Source: a virus. Taken from it: DNA of 64,000 nt. A program made the position numbers and the translations under genes. Under the pieces are notes generated by a model, which saw only the letters and a program-made list of their open reading frames with translations, was not told the DNA's origin and made no database searches. This document shows positions 28,338 through 36,915 of the stretch, piece by piece (the first letter of the stretch is position 1; every line of letters starts with the position of its first letter). Where the stretch lies: the IMG/VR virus record IMGVR_UViG_3300025697_000003; one strand, written 5' to 3'.

Positions 28338-28468
28338 AACTTCATCCTGAATTTGAACGTATCCGCCAAGAGACCCAGTCGGCTACAGCCATAGCTGACA
28401 GAAAGATACGGGAATCATTGGCTGCTGAGAGAAAGGATCTGAGGAAGGACACGCCATGTTCTACTTGA
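28334..28468 (+). CDS. Hypothetical small protein (44 aa)
   Basis: ATGA overlap with the previous stop. The longer track ORF from 28202 overlaps the preceding gene out of frame. Confidence 0.4.
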   Translation: MKLHPEFERIRQETQSATAIADRKIRESLAAERKDLRKDTPCST

Positions 28469-28647
28469 TCCTCAACGCGGTCCTCATCACTGCAATGTTC
28501 ATGTGTCACGGGTACGAACAGAACTTGCAGCTATGGCTGATCTTCGACGACGTGAGATGGAATGCTGAATTCTCGTTGGCTGAGGACAAGACAAGGGCTG
28601 AGAACAGACTGAATTATCTGGCGTATTACAGGCGCGGCTTGGAATGA
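28456..28647 (+). CDS. Small hydrophobic-N-terminus protein
   Basis: 63 aa, starting MFYLILNAVLITAMFMC. Confidence 0.45.
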   Translation: MFYLILNAVLITAMFMCHGYEQNLQLWLIFDDVRWNAEFSLAEDKTRAENRLNYLAYYRRGLE

Positions 28648-28659
28648 GGGAGGCGGCAG

Positions 28660-28746
28660 AGTACAATGCAATATGTAGGTGGGGCTCGCCGGGGCCTTGC
28701 TTGCAAGTCGTCCCCGTAAGGGGCGACCTCACCTACATACGTACTC
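28660..28746 (+). other. Structured intergenic element (long imperfect hairpin with internal GNRA-capped stem)
   Basis: GAGTAC...GTACTC (6 bp) and TATGTAGGTG...CACCTACATA (10 bp) enclose GTCGTCCCC-GTAA-GGGGCGAC. Located immediately upstream of the replication initiator gene. Confidence 0.5.
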
Positions 28747-28767
28747 TACCTTACGGGAGTTGATGTA

Positions 28768-29679
28768 ATGCCAGCAAAAGGCACGACACGGCGAGAACCG
28801 TGGAACCCAATACTCAAATCATATCCATTCAGTGAACGAGTAAATGCTGTCTCTGTTGGCGCAGAAACCCTGTTCACACGTCTGGTCGCTCAGGCAGACG
28901 ATTATGGCAACTACTACGGCAGTCCAGTCAAGATTCTTGCATACCTATATGGTCATCGCTTTGCTGCGGGGCACGTTACCGCTACGGATACGGGCCGTTG
29001 GCGTACCGAACTCGTATCGAACAAGGTCGGACCACTCATTTGCATGTACTCGATTCAGGGTGAAGAGTACCTCCATTTGATCAATCCGAGGAGAAGGATT
29101 CGCAAGGATGTTGCCCCCGATATTAGGTTTCCTAGAGAACCAGCAAACATAGAAGAGAAGGCTATTCTAGAACAACGTATCGAAAACGGGCCGGGGACGG
29201 GCCGTGGACGGTGCGCTAGACTAGACCTAGACCTAGACAAGACCCAGACTAGACTAGACCCAGAAAAACTATTGGTCGAAAAAGATTCGACCGATCTATT
29301 CGAAATCTTCTGGAAAGAATTCCTAACCATGAAACGCAATGACGGGAAGATAGCAGCAAGAAAAGCATGGATCACTACCACCGTGAATGGACGAACTGGG
29401 AAAGTGAATGGACACAAGCCGATTGATCCATCTGTGATCTTAAATGCGGCAAAGAATTATCGGGAATTCTGCATTGCCGAAGGGACAGCACCGAACATGA
29501 TCAAACTTCCTGCTACGTTCGTTGGGCCTGATCGCCACTGGGAAGACTGGAAGAACCATCGAAAGCCATCGAGCAACGGTAGCGGCGGCAATAGCGGCAA
29601 GCGACTGATAGACACAGGTGGATACCGTCACGGCAAAGAGGATTTTCTGAGGACAAATGATAGCAAGGAGGAATCATGA
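28768..29679 (+). CDS. Replication initiator / replisome organiser-like protein
   Basis: 303 aa. C-terminal FEIFWKEF....GKIAARKAW motif is typical of DnaD/phage initiator C-domains. Directly upstream of the DnaC-like loader. Contains an internal repeat array. Confidence 0.55.
   Translation: MPAKGTTRREPWNPILKSYPFSERVNAVSVGAETLFTRLVAQADDYGNYYGSPVKILAYLYGHRFAAGHVTATDTGRWRTELVSNKVGPLICMYSIQGEEYLHLINPRRRIRKDVAPDIRFPREPANIEEKAILEQRIENGPGTGRGRCARLDLDLDKTQTRLDPEKLLVEKDSTDLFEIFWKEFLTMKRNDGKIAARKAWITTTVNGRTGKVNGHKPIDPSVILNAAKNYREFCIAEGTAPNMIKLPATFVGPDRHWEDWKNHRKPSSNGSGGNSGKRLIDTGGYRHGKEDFLRTNDSKEES
29216..29264. repeat. Array of TAGAC pentamers (iteron-like), candidate origin
   Basis: CTAGACTAGACCTAGACCTAGACAAGACCCAGACTAGACTAGACCCAGA holds 6 perfect copies plus 3 variants at 5-6 nt spacing. 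Followed by an A/T-rich stretch and the inverted repeat GGTCGAA-aaaga-TTCGACC. Confidence 0.5.
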
Positions 29680-30341
29680 TCAGCGGGACAACCATTGGAG
29701 ACAGATATGCGGCAACAAGTTTTGACACATTCGAGGCTACGAATCAATCTGGCAACAAGGCGCTTGAAGCGTGTAAGAGATTGGCAAGCGGCAAATCAGA
29801 TGGTGTCATCCTGTGCGGACCTGTTGGCACTGGAAAGACGCACCTGCTGATCTCAACAGTGAAAGAGTTCAATCGGCTGCGGACTTACATCCCTGCTGAA
29901 GAGAGCGGACCTGAAATTGAAGTGCCTCCGATTGCAGACTTGATGGCTGGACAGTATGGAGAAGTCGATAGATCTGCACCGTACTTGACGCGAGCAGAGA
30001 TATCCGTTGTCGCCAAGGTCCACTACTGGATGATCTTGGATCTTGCCAAGGCGTTGAGGGACGATGCGCTTGACAGCCACGGAACGATGACAGAAGAGTG
30101 CATGACGTGCCATCTGTTGGTCATCGACGATCTTGGGAGAGAGAAGGAATCCGAGTTCCTTCGACAAGAGATCGAGAGGGTCATCGACTTTAGATATCGC
30201 CAGATGTTGCCGACAGCAATCGCTACGAATCACAAACTTGATGAACTGTATGACGTGTACGGCGAACACATGATGTCGAGGCTGCAGCAATCGTGCGAGA
30301 TCGTTGAAGTTCTTGGGAATGACTATCGCAGGAAGAGTTGA
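29676..30341 (+). CDS. DnaC/IstB-like AAA+ helicase loader
   Basis: Walker A GPVGTGKTHLL and Walker B LLVIDDLG. ATGA overlap with the initiator gene. Confidence 0.85.
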   Translation: MISGTTIGDRYAATSFDTFEATNQSGNKALEACKRLASGKSDGVILCGPVGTGKTHLLISTVKEFNRLRTYIPAEESGPEIEVPPIADLMAGQYGEVDRSAPYLTRAEISVVAKVHYWMILDLAKALRDDALDSHGTMTEECMTCHLLVIDDLGREKESEFLRQEIERVIDFRYRQMLPTAIATNHKLDELYDVYGEHMMSRLQQSCEIVEVLGNDYRRKS

Positions 30342-30372
30342 AAAACAGAACCTAGAACCAAAGGAGAGAACC

Positions 30373-30846
30373 ATGAAAATGAAGATCGTCGTAGCAGCAT
30401 TGCTACTGAGTTTGTTGGTATCGTTGGCTGGATGCACGTTGTTCGAACGTGAGGCTGTTAGTATCGAGATGCGATGGGTTCCGAATGTTCGCAGCACGGG
30501 GATGAGCCACTGGTTGCCGAAAGTTCTGTTGGCGGCAGAGGTTGATCCATCGCCGGAATACAACGTCGGGCATGAATGGGTAATCGACTGGGGCGACGGA
30601 ACGACCGACCAGTGGAGCGACAACACGCACAACCAAACTGTTGATCCGTGGGGGAACACTCGTGTTGGTGTAGTTCACAAGTTCCAGCTACCAGGGACGT
30701 ACACAGTGGTCGTGTCCTACGATGGCCGTGACGTCGGTAAAGGAACCTTGGACGTTGAGCTCCAGGAGTTCGCTCCATCGTACACCTACGATGAAGACGG
30801 CAATCGCCAGCTAGTCGTACTTGATCCATGGACGGTGGGAGAATGA
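30373..30846 (+). CDS. PKD-domain lipoprotein
   Basis: AAGGAGAG upstream. Starts MKMKIVVAALLLSLLVSLAGC (lipobox). PKD-like WVIDWGDGTTD...HKFQLPGTYTVVVSYDG. Confidence 0.7.
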   Translation: MKMKIVVAALLLSLLVSLAGCTLFEREAVSIEMRWVPNVRSTGMSHWLPKVLLAAEVDPSPEYNVGHEWVIDWGDGTTDQWSDNTHNQTVDPWGNTRVGVVHKFQLPGTYTVVVSYDGRDVGKGTLDVELQEFAPSYTYDEDGNRQLVVLDPWTVGE

Positions 30847-30968
30847 AACCTGGCGTTCCACGAATAATCGGCGGATTGATTGCGATGGGAGTCATCATCA
30901 CCGCTTGCTACTGGATCCTCGTGTTCCTGTACAAGATCGCTGGTCTGATCGTTCGGGGGATCGCATGA
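30843..30968 (+). CDS. Small single-pass membrane protein (41 aa)
   Basis: ATGA overlaps at both ends. Translation is MKPGVPRIIGGLIAMGVIITACYWILVFLYKIAGLIVRGIA. Confidence 0.45.
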   Translation: MKPGVPRIIGGLIAMGVIITACYWILVFLYKIAGLIVRGIA

Positions 30969-31228
30969 AGATGGAGTTGACCAAGACGATACCTGCTCAC
31001 ACGAGGACGTGGAGAGCAAAGTGGTGCAAGCTCGACTACAAGCGGATGTCAATTAGCTATCGGATACTCAGAAAAGGCGAACATGTTGACACGCTATCAT
31101 GCCATTGGTGCAAGCGTTCACACCTAAACGGAGAGATGATGGCATTGGCAAATTTCGTCCGTGTAGGAAACCGCACTCTATGCCAGAAGTGCGCGAAGGA
31201 ATTGATGAGCGGGGATGACGATGCCTGA
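30965..31228 (+). CDS. Zinc-ribbon protein
   Basis: 87 aa, with CHWC...CQKC. Coupled start (ATGA). Confidence 0.5.
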   Translation: MKMELTKTIPAHTRTWRAKWCKLDYKRMSISYRILRKGEHVDTLSCHWCKRSHLNGEMMALANFVRVGNRTLCQKCAKELMSGDDDA

Positions 31229-31652
31229 CACCAGGATATGCACGACTGAAGCAGCAAAGATCATGGGATGCTCTGTAACCGCTGCAAGAGATCGTGCTAT
31301 GAGATTAAAATGGGATATAGAACTCATGCCTAATCCTAACGGCGGGCAGAAGCGCCTTATGTACAAGCGGTCTACGGTGGCGGCGTATGGGGCCAAAGAA
31401 GAGAAGTGTAAGACTTCGTTGAGATACACCAGGCCGCATGAGATACGGGATCTCGTTGAGTGGGCAAACGGGCTCAGGTGCTGGCCGTTGCGTAATGTGG
31501 CCATCAGAGCCAGGGTTAGCATCCTCTATCAGGAGAAGGACATCGAGGGCGTGATTGATACGAGGGTGTTTCGGAAGAAGGCTGACGGCGAGTATTTTCG
31601 TGCGCTGCGCGAGCCAGCGATGAAGCGTGAAGATTCGATACTAGGAGGATGA
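31221..31652 (+). CDS. HTH DNA-binding protein (excisionase/MerR-like N-terminus)
   Basis: Contains TTEAAKIMGCSVTAARDRAMRL. Start lies in the conserved GATGACGATGCCTGA junction; ATG 31215 is an alternative. Confidence 0.5.
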   Translation: MPDTRICTTEAAKIMGCSVTAARDRAMRLKWDIELMPNPNGGQKRLMYKRSTVAAYGAKEEKCKTSLRYTRPHEIRDLVEWANGLRCWPLRNVAIRARVSILYQEKDIEGVIDTRVFRKKADGEYFRALREPAMKREDSILGG

Positions 31653-31653
31653 G

Positions 31654-32706
31654 ATGAGCAGGAAAGAATCTGTTAGACAGGATGCACTGAAGCGAGACAA
31701 GAATCGATGCCAGATAACAGGCGCTGGCGGACCTGAATGGCAAGGCGTCGTCGACGTAGCGCACTGGAAACGACTCGGGCATGGTGGAAGCTCAGAGCTT
31801 GACGACATCAAGAACGTCATCACGCTCAATTCAGAACTCCATCGAACTTGGGAGCATCCAGGCGTTAGCATCCCGAAGATTCAAATCGTTCACTGGGATC
31901 CGGATGACCTTGACAATGGCCTCGTCGTTGAGCGGCGATCGCTCGAAGGCGACACGATCGGAGAATGGGAGAAGTATCCGAAGTTCGAGCTCTGGTTCTA
32001 TCGCAAGCAGTTCGTCGAGCACGTGAAAGAGAACCTTGGCAACATGCACGCAATCCAGACACTGACAGGCTATCACGCGATGACCATCTTTGAGTTACGT
32101 CTAGTGTGGAAAGATCTCTACGAAGATGCGGCCAGCTTCGATCAGGTAGTGTCGAGCTTAGGATGGGACCCCGAAGCGGCTAACGACCTGGCCGACAAAC
32201 ACGTTTGGCTCTTGGATCACAAATGCCAGTGGCCAGAAGGTCTGACGAATCCCCAGTTGACAGAGATCATCGACCGTGAGGCTCCGATGACGCTGTTCGA
32301 CGACGATGTAGATTCGATGCAATCGTTCCTGAACACGTCGGCTGAGAAGTCATTGAGCGATCTGAAGAAGGCGATGATTGCGAAAGGACTTCGCATCTCG
32401 CAACCATTTTACTACATGGTTGTGCCTGAAATTGCTATACATTGCTGCGTCAATCAAGGGGAAGAAATTGTCACGCGGATGGCAATCGTTCAGTCACGCG
32501 ACGAGCTAGGCATGAAGGCCGCAATACGCAACGGCGAGATATGCCAGGACATCGAGTATCCAGTTGTGTTCCGCATGGGCAAAGCCGTGATGAACCTCAC
32601 GTCGGTCAAGAACAGCCTGCGGTTGAAGGACGATGAGAAGACGAAGATACAGGTCATTCATTGGCCGCTACCGAAGGAGGCTGACGATGTTCGTGACGAT
32701 GGCTGA
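31654..32706 (+). CDS. HNH nuclease domain protein with large C-terminal domain
   Basis: N-terminal RDKNRCQITG...VDVAHWKRLGHGG...NVITLNSELHRTWEH. 350 aa. Confidence 0.65.
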   Translation: MSRKESVRQDALKRDKNRCQITGAGGPEWQGVVDVAHWKRLGHGGSSELDDIKNVITLNSELHRTWEHPGVSIPKIQIVHWDPDDLDNGLVVERRSLEGDTIGEWEKYPKFELWFYRKQFVEHVKENLGNMHAIQTLTGYHAMTIFELRLVWKDLYEDAASFDQVVSSLGWDPEAANDLADKHVWLLDHKCQWPEGLTNPQLTEIIDREAPMTLFDDDVDSMQSFLNTSAEKSLSDLKKAMIAKGLRISQPFYYMVVPEIAIHCCVNQGEEIVTRMAIVQSRDELGMKAAIRNGEICQDIEYPVVFRMGKAVMNLTSVKNSLRLKDDEKTKIQVIHWPLPKEADDVRDDG

Positions 32707-32875
32707 GATGATCGTGATTATGGATACGCTCAGAGGATCAGAGGGCATAGCTGACCATGTGAATATCTTTGGCTACACCAAAAATACACGCTCTACTCTG
32801 CATGGGGATCTACTCAAACGCCTCGACAATATCAAGATCGGAGTTAAGGAGGCTGACGATGGATCATCTGTATAG
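32687..32875 (+). CDS. Hypothetical small protein
   Basis: Start follows AAGGAGGCTGACGATG. Confidence 0.45.
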   Translation: MFVTMAEMIVIMDTLRGSEGIADHVNIFGYTKNTRSTLHGDLLKRLDNIKIGVKEADDGSSV

Positions 32876-33050
32876 CGTTGAACTACGACAATTGTTGGTA
32901 TTCTTCACGCTGTCTATATCTGCGGGTGCTTTGTTCTGCAAAGGCATCAGTTTCAGCAAGGCTCACAGATCACTATTAGTTTTGTCGATAGTTATTGGCG
33001 GTCTAGCATGGTGGGGTGTGTTGACCCAAACGATAGGAGGAGGAGTCTGA
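32859..33050 (+). CDS. Small two-TM membrane protein
   Basis: Start follows AAGGAGGCTGACGATG. Hydrophobic segments LLVFFTLSISAGALF and LLVLSIVIGGLAWWGVL. Confidence 0.45.
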   Translation: MDHLYSVELRQLLVFFTLSISAGALFCKGISFSKAHRSLLVLSIVIGGLAWWGVLTQTIGGGV

Positions 33051-33052
33051 CG

Positions 33053-33310
33053 ATGAATGAAACGGGAGTAATCGCCACAGAAGAAGAACAAGATGAGATT
33101 AGATCATTGGCGGCAAGCGCACAGGCATCAGCTATGCTGTCTTCTAGGTTCGGCCCACACGCTGCAGACGTGAAGTTACGTGAGGCGAGTAAGCGATGTC
33201 ACGAAATTGCATTGACGCATGGACTTCCAGAAATACAGGGATTCTACGGCATGGCCGAAACAGGAGAGTTTGTGTGCCAATACGACGCAGAGGAGGATGA
33301 CAATGAGTGA
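33053..33310 (+). CDS. Hypothetical protein
   Basis: Start follows GGAGGAGTCTGACGATG. 85 aa. Confidence 0.5.
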   Translation: MNETGVIATEEEQDEIRSLAASAQASAMLSSRFGPHAADVKLREASKRCHEIALTHGLPEIQGFYGMAETGEFVCQYDAEEDDNE

Positions 33311-33728
33311 CCGGAAGATCGGAGCGTGTGAGCAGCACGGTGCAACCAGGATTGATATATGGGAAAAACCAATGGGTCCCTTCCCTGGTTTCAATCATAG
33401 GATTCCACGATGCGTTGTGAATATCAGAATACCTGACGCTCCACTCGACAACATGGCGTTCATTGCGATTGCGAAGGAGCAGAAGGATCGAGTGCTGAGC
33501 TTCGGCAAGAAGTACAACGCCATGGCTTTCCACTTCTGGACAGAAACGCAGATGACTGAGCGGGATGAGGATGGGAACCTCAAGTATCCCCACGAACCGG
33601 CTGCAGCCATCGTAGATTGGGCGCCAGGTGGTCTGTGGGAAGAGGCCGTGTCTGCCAAGATCGGTGACTACACGAACCACTCGTTCAAAGTGATTGCGAA
33701 TCTCACGAAGGAGGATGACGATGCCTGA
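33303..33728 (+). CDS. Hypothetical protein
   Basis: Start follows GAGGAGGATGACAATG. 141 aa. Confidence 0.5.
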   Translation: MSDRKIGACEQHGATRIDIWEKPMGPFPGFNHRIPRCVVNIRIPDAPLDNMAFIAIAKEQKDRVLSFGKKYNAMAFHFWTETQMTERDEDGNLKYPHEPAAAIVDWAPGGLWEEAVSAKIGDYTNHSFKVIANLTKEDDDA

Positions 33729-33993
33729 ACACATCAAGTTCGAGATGGACATGAAGCCAGTCGAGGAAGGATTGCCGGAAGACAACAAGGTCTACTGGAT
33801 CAGGCGTAAGGACCGTGGCTGTATCAGACAAGCAGCATACTACGACAATGCAGATTTCAAGGCTGGATGGTATCTATGGCCAAGCGGCTCCATGGTCGAT
33901 GGAGTGACTCACTACGGGCGACCTCCGCAGATGGGTCCGACACCTTGCGACGAACAGAGAGAAGCAGTGCTGGCATCCGAGCGGCACAACTAG
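33721..33993 (+). CDS. DUF551-like phage protein
   Basis: Start follows GGAGGATGACGATG. Pattern W....LP...V.W......AAYYD....GW.......VTHYGRPP resembles DUF551. Confidence 0.5.
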   Translation: MPEHIKFEMDMKPVEEGLPEDNKVYWIRRKDRGCIRQAAYYDNADFKAGWYLWPSGSMVDGVTHYGRPPQMGPTPCDEQREAVLASERHN

Positions 33994-34003
33994 GAGGCAT
34001 GAA

Positions 34004-34276
34004 ATGAGCGAGAAGAAGTTCGTGATTAGCGGTGGACTCATCCTTGACATCCTGCGCGGCTTGAACGAAGACCGCAAAATACGTGTCGAAGGAATTCCAG
34101 AAGATGCGTCCGTCAATTTTGCGTCTTACGATGAAGCGTCGGGTGGAAAGCTCACGTTGTATGTGGAGACGGCGGCAGAGATAAAAGGCGGTGTACTTGA
34201 TGTCATAGTTCACACTAGCGACATAACTAGGAGGGATGATGCCAATTGTCCGCAACATAAACATAATGATCGCTGA
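34004..34276 (+). CDS. Hypothetical protein
   Basis: AGGAGG lies 6 nt upstream. 90 aa. Confidence 0.45.
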   Translation: MSEKKFVISGGLILDILRGLNEDRKIRVEGIPEDASVNFASYDEASGGKLTLYVETAAEIKGGVLDVIVHTSDITRRDDANCPQHKHNDR

Positions 34277-34424
34277 TGGAGATCGCGTCGATGATTCAAT
34301 TAAATGTTTGGACAGGATTCTCAATCACGAGCCGCCAAAAGCTAGAGATGCGTTTCTTCTAATCGACATTAAGAGCATCCTCCGTGGTGTCAAGAAAGCG
34401 TGGGATGCTGGAGATTCTGTTTGA
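34236..34424 (+). CDS. Hypothetical protein
   Basis: 62-aa ORF overlapping the previous gene by 41 nt. The SD spacing is short. Confidence 0.35.
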   Translation: MMPIVRNINIMIADGDRVDDSIKCLDRILNHEPPKARDAFLLIDIKSILRGVKKAWDAGDSV

Positions 34425-34550
34425 TTAGAGAAGATCTAGCCGTGAATCATAGCTGTAATCGTCTTATCCATGCCTCAGACCAATCAGAGGCGCGAAATGG
34501 CATAGTTATACCAAAACGCGAGGAAACGCCTCTCACGGCGTCGATAAAGG

Positions 34551-34892
34551 ATGGAAATGACACAGCGGATAATTCCTAAAACGAGAGACTATTGCGACCG
34601 AGGTAGAGTTGTCAGGCAACGGATGAAATTGCCTAGCCTGAAATGCCTGCCGGATATGGTTGCCGAGGCTGACAAGTTCGAAGGTGATCCGACAGAAGCT
34701 GAGATCATGGAAATGGTATCCAGGTTCAAGGGCATCGAGGCTGGATTGGCAAGGAAACTAGAACGCGACATGGCCGTGATGATAATCAATCCGTACATGG
34801 TGCGGAAGCTGTTTGACTACAGGGTACACCGGAAGAAGAGTGAAGAGCGTAGGACGGGAGTGAAGCATGAAGATGCCGTGGAATCGAAGTAG
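34551..34892 (+). CDS. Hypothetical protein
   Basis: 113-aa ORF after a 126-nt intergenic gap. ATG 34557 is an alternative start. Confidence 0.5.
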   Translation: MEMTQRIIPKTRDYCDRGRVVRQRMKLPSLKCLPDMVAEADKFEGDPTEAEIMEMVSRFKGIEAGLARKLERDMAVMIINPYMVRKLFDYRVHRKKSEERRTGVKHEDAVESK

Positions 34893-35238
34893 AGGCAACG
34901 TAGTTCTGCCGATTGAGCCAGAAGCGCCAGAAGTACCTATCAGAACCAATTGGAAGCTGACGATGTGCCGTAAATGCAAGCGTGTATCCTGGTTCGGTAT
35001 GCCAATTCCGTATGCCGTGACATCGAAAGAGGACGTTGAGCAACTACGGCGAGTGAATCAAGGACGTGGATCATCGAAGCGGATGAAAGTGATGATGCCC
35101 CTTCGCCTAGTTATGAGTCGCCCAGAACGACATCCATGGAGATGCACGTGCGGTGCTGGAGTTGAAATGTGCGGAGTTGCTCAGACTGCAACTAGCGTGC
35201 TGGCTGTAACGCAGTTCAAGATGAGGAGTGATAGATGA
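34867..35238 (+). CDS. Cys-rich (zinc-ribbon-like) protein
   Basis: Contains CRKCKRVSWFG and CTCGAGVEMCG. GGGAG lies 7 nt upstream. Confidence 0.45.
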   Translation: MKMPWNRSRGNVVLPIEPEAPEVPIRTNWKLTMCRKCKRVSWFGMPIPYAVTSKEDVEQLRRVNQGRGSSKRMKVMMPLRLVMSRPERHPWRCTCGAGVEMCGVAQTATSVLAVTQFKMRSDR

Positions 35239-35423
35239 TGGAAATGCAAATGCTGGATGCTGCAATCTATGAGGCTGAGAGGTTTCTGAAGAAGGCTAAG
35301 CGGTGTAAGAAGAGTCCGACCAAGACAGAATATGGATACGCTTACTGGGATTTCAAAGAGACTGGAGCCACTAAACGATCGAGCATGGATCTATCTCGCG
35401 CACTGTCAGATCTTAGACGATGA
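35235..35423 (+). CDS. Hypothetical protein
   Basis: GAGGAG lies 6 nt upstream. 62 aa. Confidence 0.45.
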   Translation: MMEMQMLDAAIYEAERFLKKAKRCKKSPTKTEYGYAYWDFKETGATKRSSMDLSRALSDLRR

Positions 35424-35437
35424 AGATAATCGCCTTG

Positions 35438-35466
35438 GGAAGCGGGGGCAACGCACCCCCGCTTCC
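35438..35466. terminator. Bidirectional intrinsic terminator hairpin between convergent operons
   Basis: GGAAGCGGGGG-caacgca-CCCCCGCTTCC forms an 11-bp perfect stem. Lies between the + gene ending at 35423 and the - gene ending at 35472. Confidence 0.7.
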
Positions 35467-35471
35467 ATCAA

Positions 35472-35876
35472 TTACCCAGACACTTGGTTCTCTGGATGCT
35501 GTTTGTTCCACTTCGCAACCTTTTTTCGCTGAACATCCCAAGCATTCAATGCCGACATCAATGCCTCACTAAGCGATTCAGTGTCATACACAGTCATCGC
35601 ATCTGTGACGATCGCCGCCATCCTCGCTGGGATGTATATCGTTGTACGTTGCGGGATGCCGCGGGGTATTGGAAGTGAAATGCCAAGTGCAGCATCGAGC
35701 TTCGCTTGTGTGCCTTTGTGCGGCGGGGCACTATGTCGCCCCTTCTCAAGGCTGGAGATCACGCACGGCTTGATACCTGCCAATCGCCCAGCATCTTCAA
35801 GCGACAATCCCATCTTTAGACGCGCATCCAAAATCATCTTGCCGACTGCCTTCTTGTCCCATGTCATCGCGGTCAT
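35472..35876 (-). CDS. XRE-family HTH transcriptional regulator (repressor candidate)
   Basis: Contains KMILDARLKMGLSLEDAGRLAGIKPCVISSLEKG. AGGAGG lies 6 nt upstream. Confidence 0.75.
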   Translation of the reverse strand: MTAMTWDKKAVGKMILDARLKMGLSLEDAGRLAGIKPCVISSLEKGRHSAPPHKGTQAKLDAALGISLPIPRGIPQRTTIYIPARMAAIVTDAMTVYDTESLSEALMSALNAWDVQRKKVAKWNKQHPENQVSG

Positions 35877-35910
35877 TTGTGTCCTCCTAAAACACCGTAT
35901 CTGTCTACGT

Positions 35911-35951
35911 TATCGCCTGTTTCGCTGTAGTATTTTCGTTCTATCGCCTGT
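35911..35951. promoter_or_regulatory. Two direct TATCGCCTGT boxes (operator candidates) in the repressor leader
   Basis: Copies at 35911-35920 and 35942-35951, spaced 31 nt. A minus-strand TATAAT at 35958-35963 lies just upstream. Confidence 0.4.
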
Positions 35952-35983
35952 ATACTAATTATATGCCTCAAGCGCAGACTACA

Positions 35984-36124
35984 TCAACGTTTGAGGTAGG
36001 TATGATCCTTGACAAGTGAACGAGTAATTGGCCGTCGGCGTCTTGCGAGACGAAGTATGAAGACGCCGACTCCTGCAACGATATATGGCGCGGTTATCGC
36101 CGCCATGATGCCGAGGACGTTCAT
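35984..36124 (-). CDS. Small membrane protein (46 aa)
   Basis: ATGA overlap with the upstream HNH gene stop. Translation starts MNVLGIMAAITAPYIVAGVGVFILRLARRRR. Confidence 0.4.
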   Translation of the reverse strand: MNVLGIMAAITAPYIVAGVGVFILRLARRRRPITRSLVKDHTYLKR

Positions 36125-36909
36125 TCGTATATACCTCCCTTGGCTAGATTCTCTTCCGCCCATAGAGGCTGTAGGTTTGTGTAGTGACACGCCTGCAAGA
36201 ACTGTTCCCTATCTGTCAAGTCGAACGATGCAAGCGGCTTGATGTGGTCGATGTGCCATCCGTAGAAAGACCAGTTATCCCACGTCATACCTGGACGGAA
36301 TAGCGCCTCAAGATGTGCCTTGAGTTCATTGATTGTGCAGCCGAGGTCTCGGACGGCGCTGCCTGTTTTGAAGTTTCTGTCGAGAGCACGGCGCAAACGT
36401 TCTCGTAGATTATGTCCCAATTTGCCTTGAATTGTATTCCTGAAATACTTCTGATATGCCACACAATAAGCCTTGTACTCAGGTGAATTGCGATATGATT
36501 TCTGCTTCGTCTTCCTTTCTGGCGCATCGAAGTAGTCCTTCATATAGGCTTTCTGCCATGCTTTGTACTTTGGACTCGATTCACGGATCTTCTTCTTAGC
36601 CTTTGCCTCTTTAGTATTTCGATATGCTTTCCGTTTTGCCTTTTGATCTGGAGAATTGCAGAACTCTTTCATATATGTCTTCCATTCTGGCGTCTGCCGT
36701 CGCGCTTTCTGCTTGGCCTCGTATTCTGGTGTTTGACATCGCGCCTTCGCCTCAGCTTTTCGTTTAGCCGCATATTCTTTGTCGCAAACACATGCAACAG
36801 TTGTCTTACAGCATCCAGCCTCTCTTGCTATCGCTGCATACGTCCACCCATCAGCCTTCAACTCACGCATCCTAGATTTCTCTTCCTCAGTTACGCGGTT
36901 AGACATCAA
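36121..36909 (-). CDS. HTH / Lys-Tyr repeat / HNH endonuclease fusion protein
   Basis: N-terminal GWTYAAIAREAGCCKTTV. Central repeats (K..Y..SPEYKA). C-terminal WHIDHIKP...CHYTNLQPLWAEENLAKG. Confidence 0.7.
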   Translation of the reverse strand: MMSNRVTEEEKSRMRELKADGWTYAAIAREAGCCKTTVACVCDKEYAAKRKAEAKARCQTPEYEAKQKARRQTPEWKTYMKEFCNSPDQKAKRKAYRNTKEAKAKKKIRESSPKYKAWQKAYMKDYFDAPERKTKQKSYRNSPEYKAYCVAYQKYFRNTIQGKLGHNLRERLRRALDRNFKTGSAVRDLGCTINELKAHLEALFRPGMTWDNWSFYGWHIDHIKPLASFDLTDREQFLQACHYTNLQPLWAEENLAKGGIYE

Positions 36910-36915
36910 CCCTCC

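Noticed and set aside
29853-30659. 268-aa minus-strand ORF.
   Set aside because: It is antisense to the DnaC-like gene, which has clear Walker motifs on the plus strand, and to the PKD lipoprotein gene.
33144-33788. 214-aa minus-strand ORF.
   Set aside because: It is antisense to three SD-led, coupled plus-strand genes.
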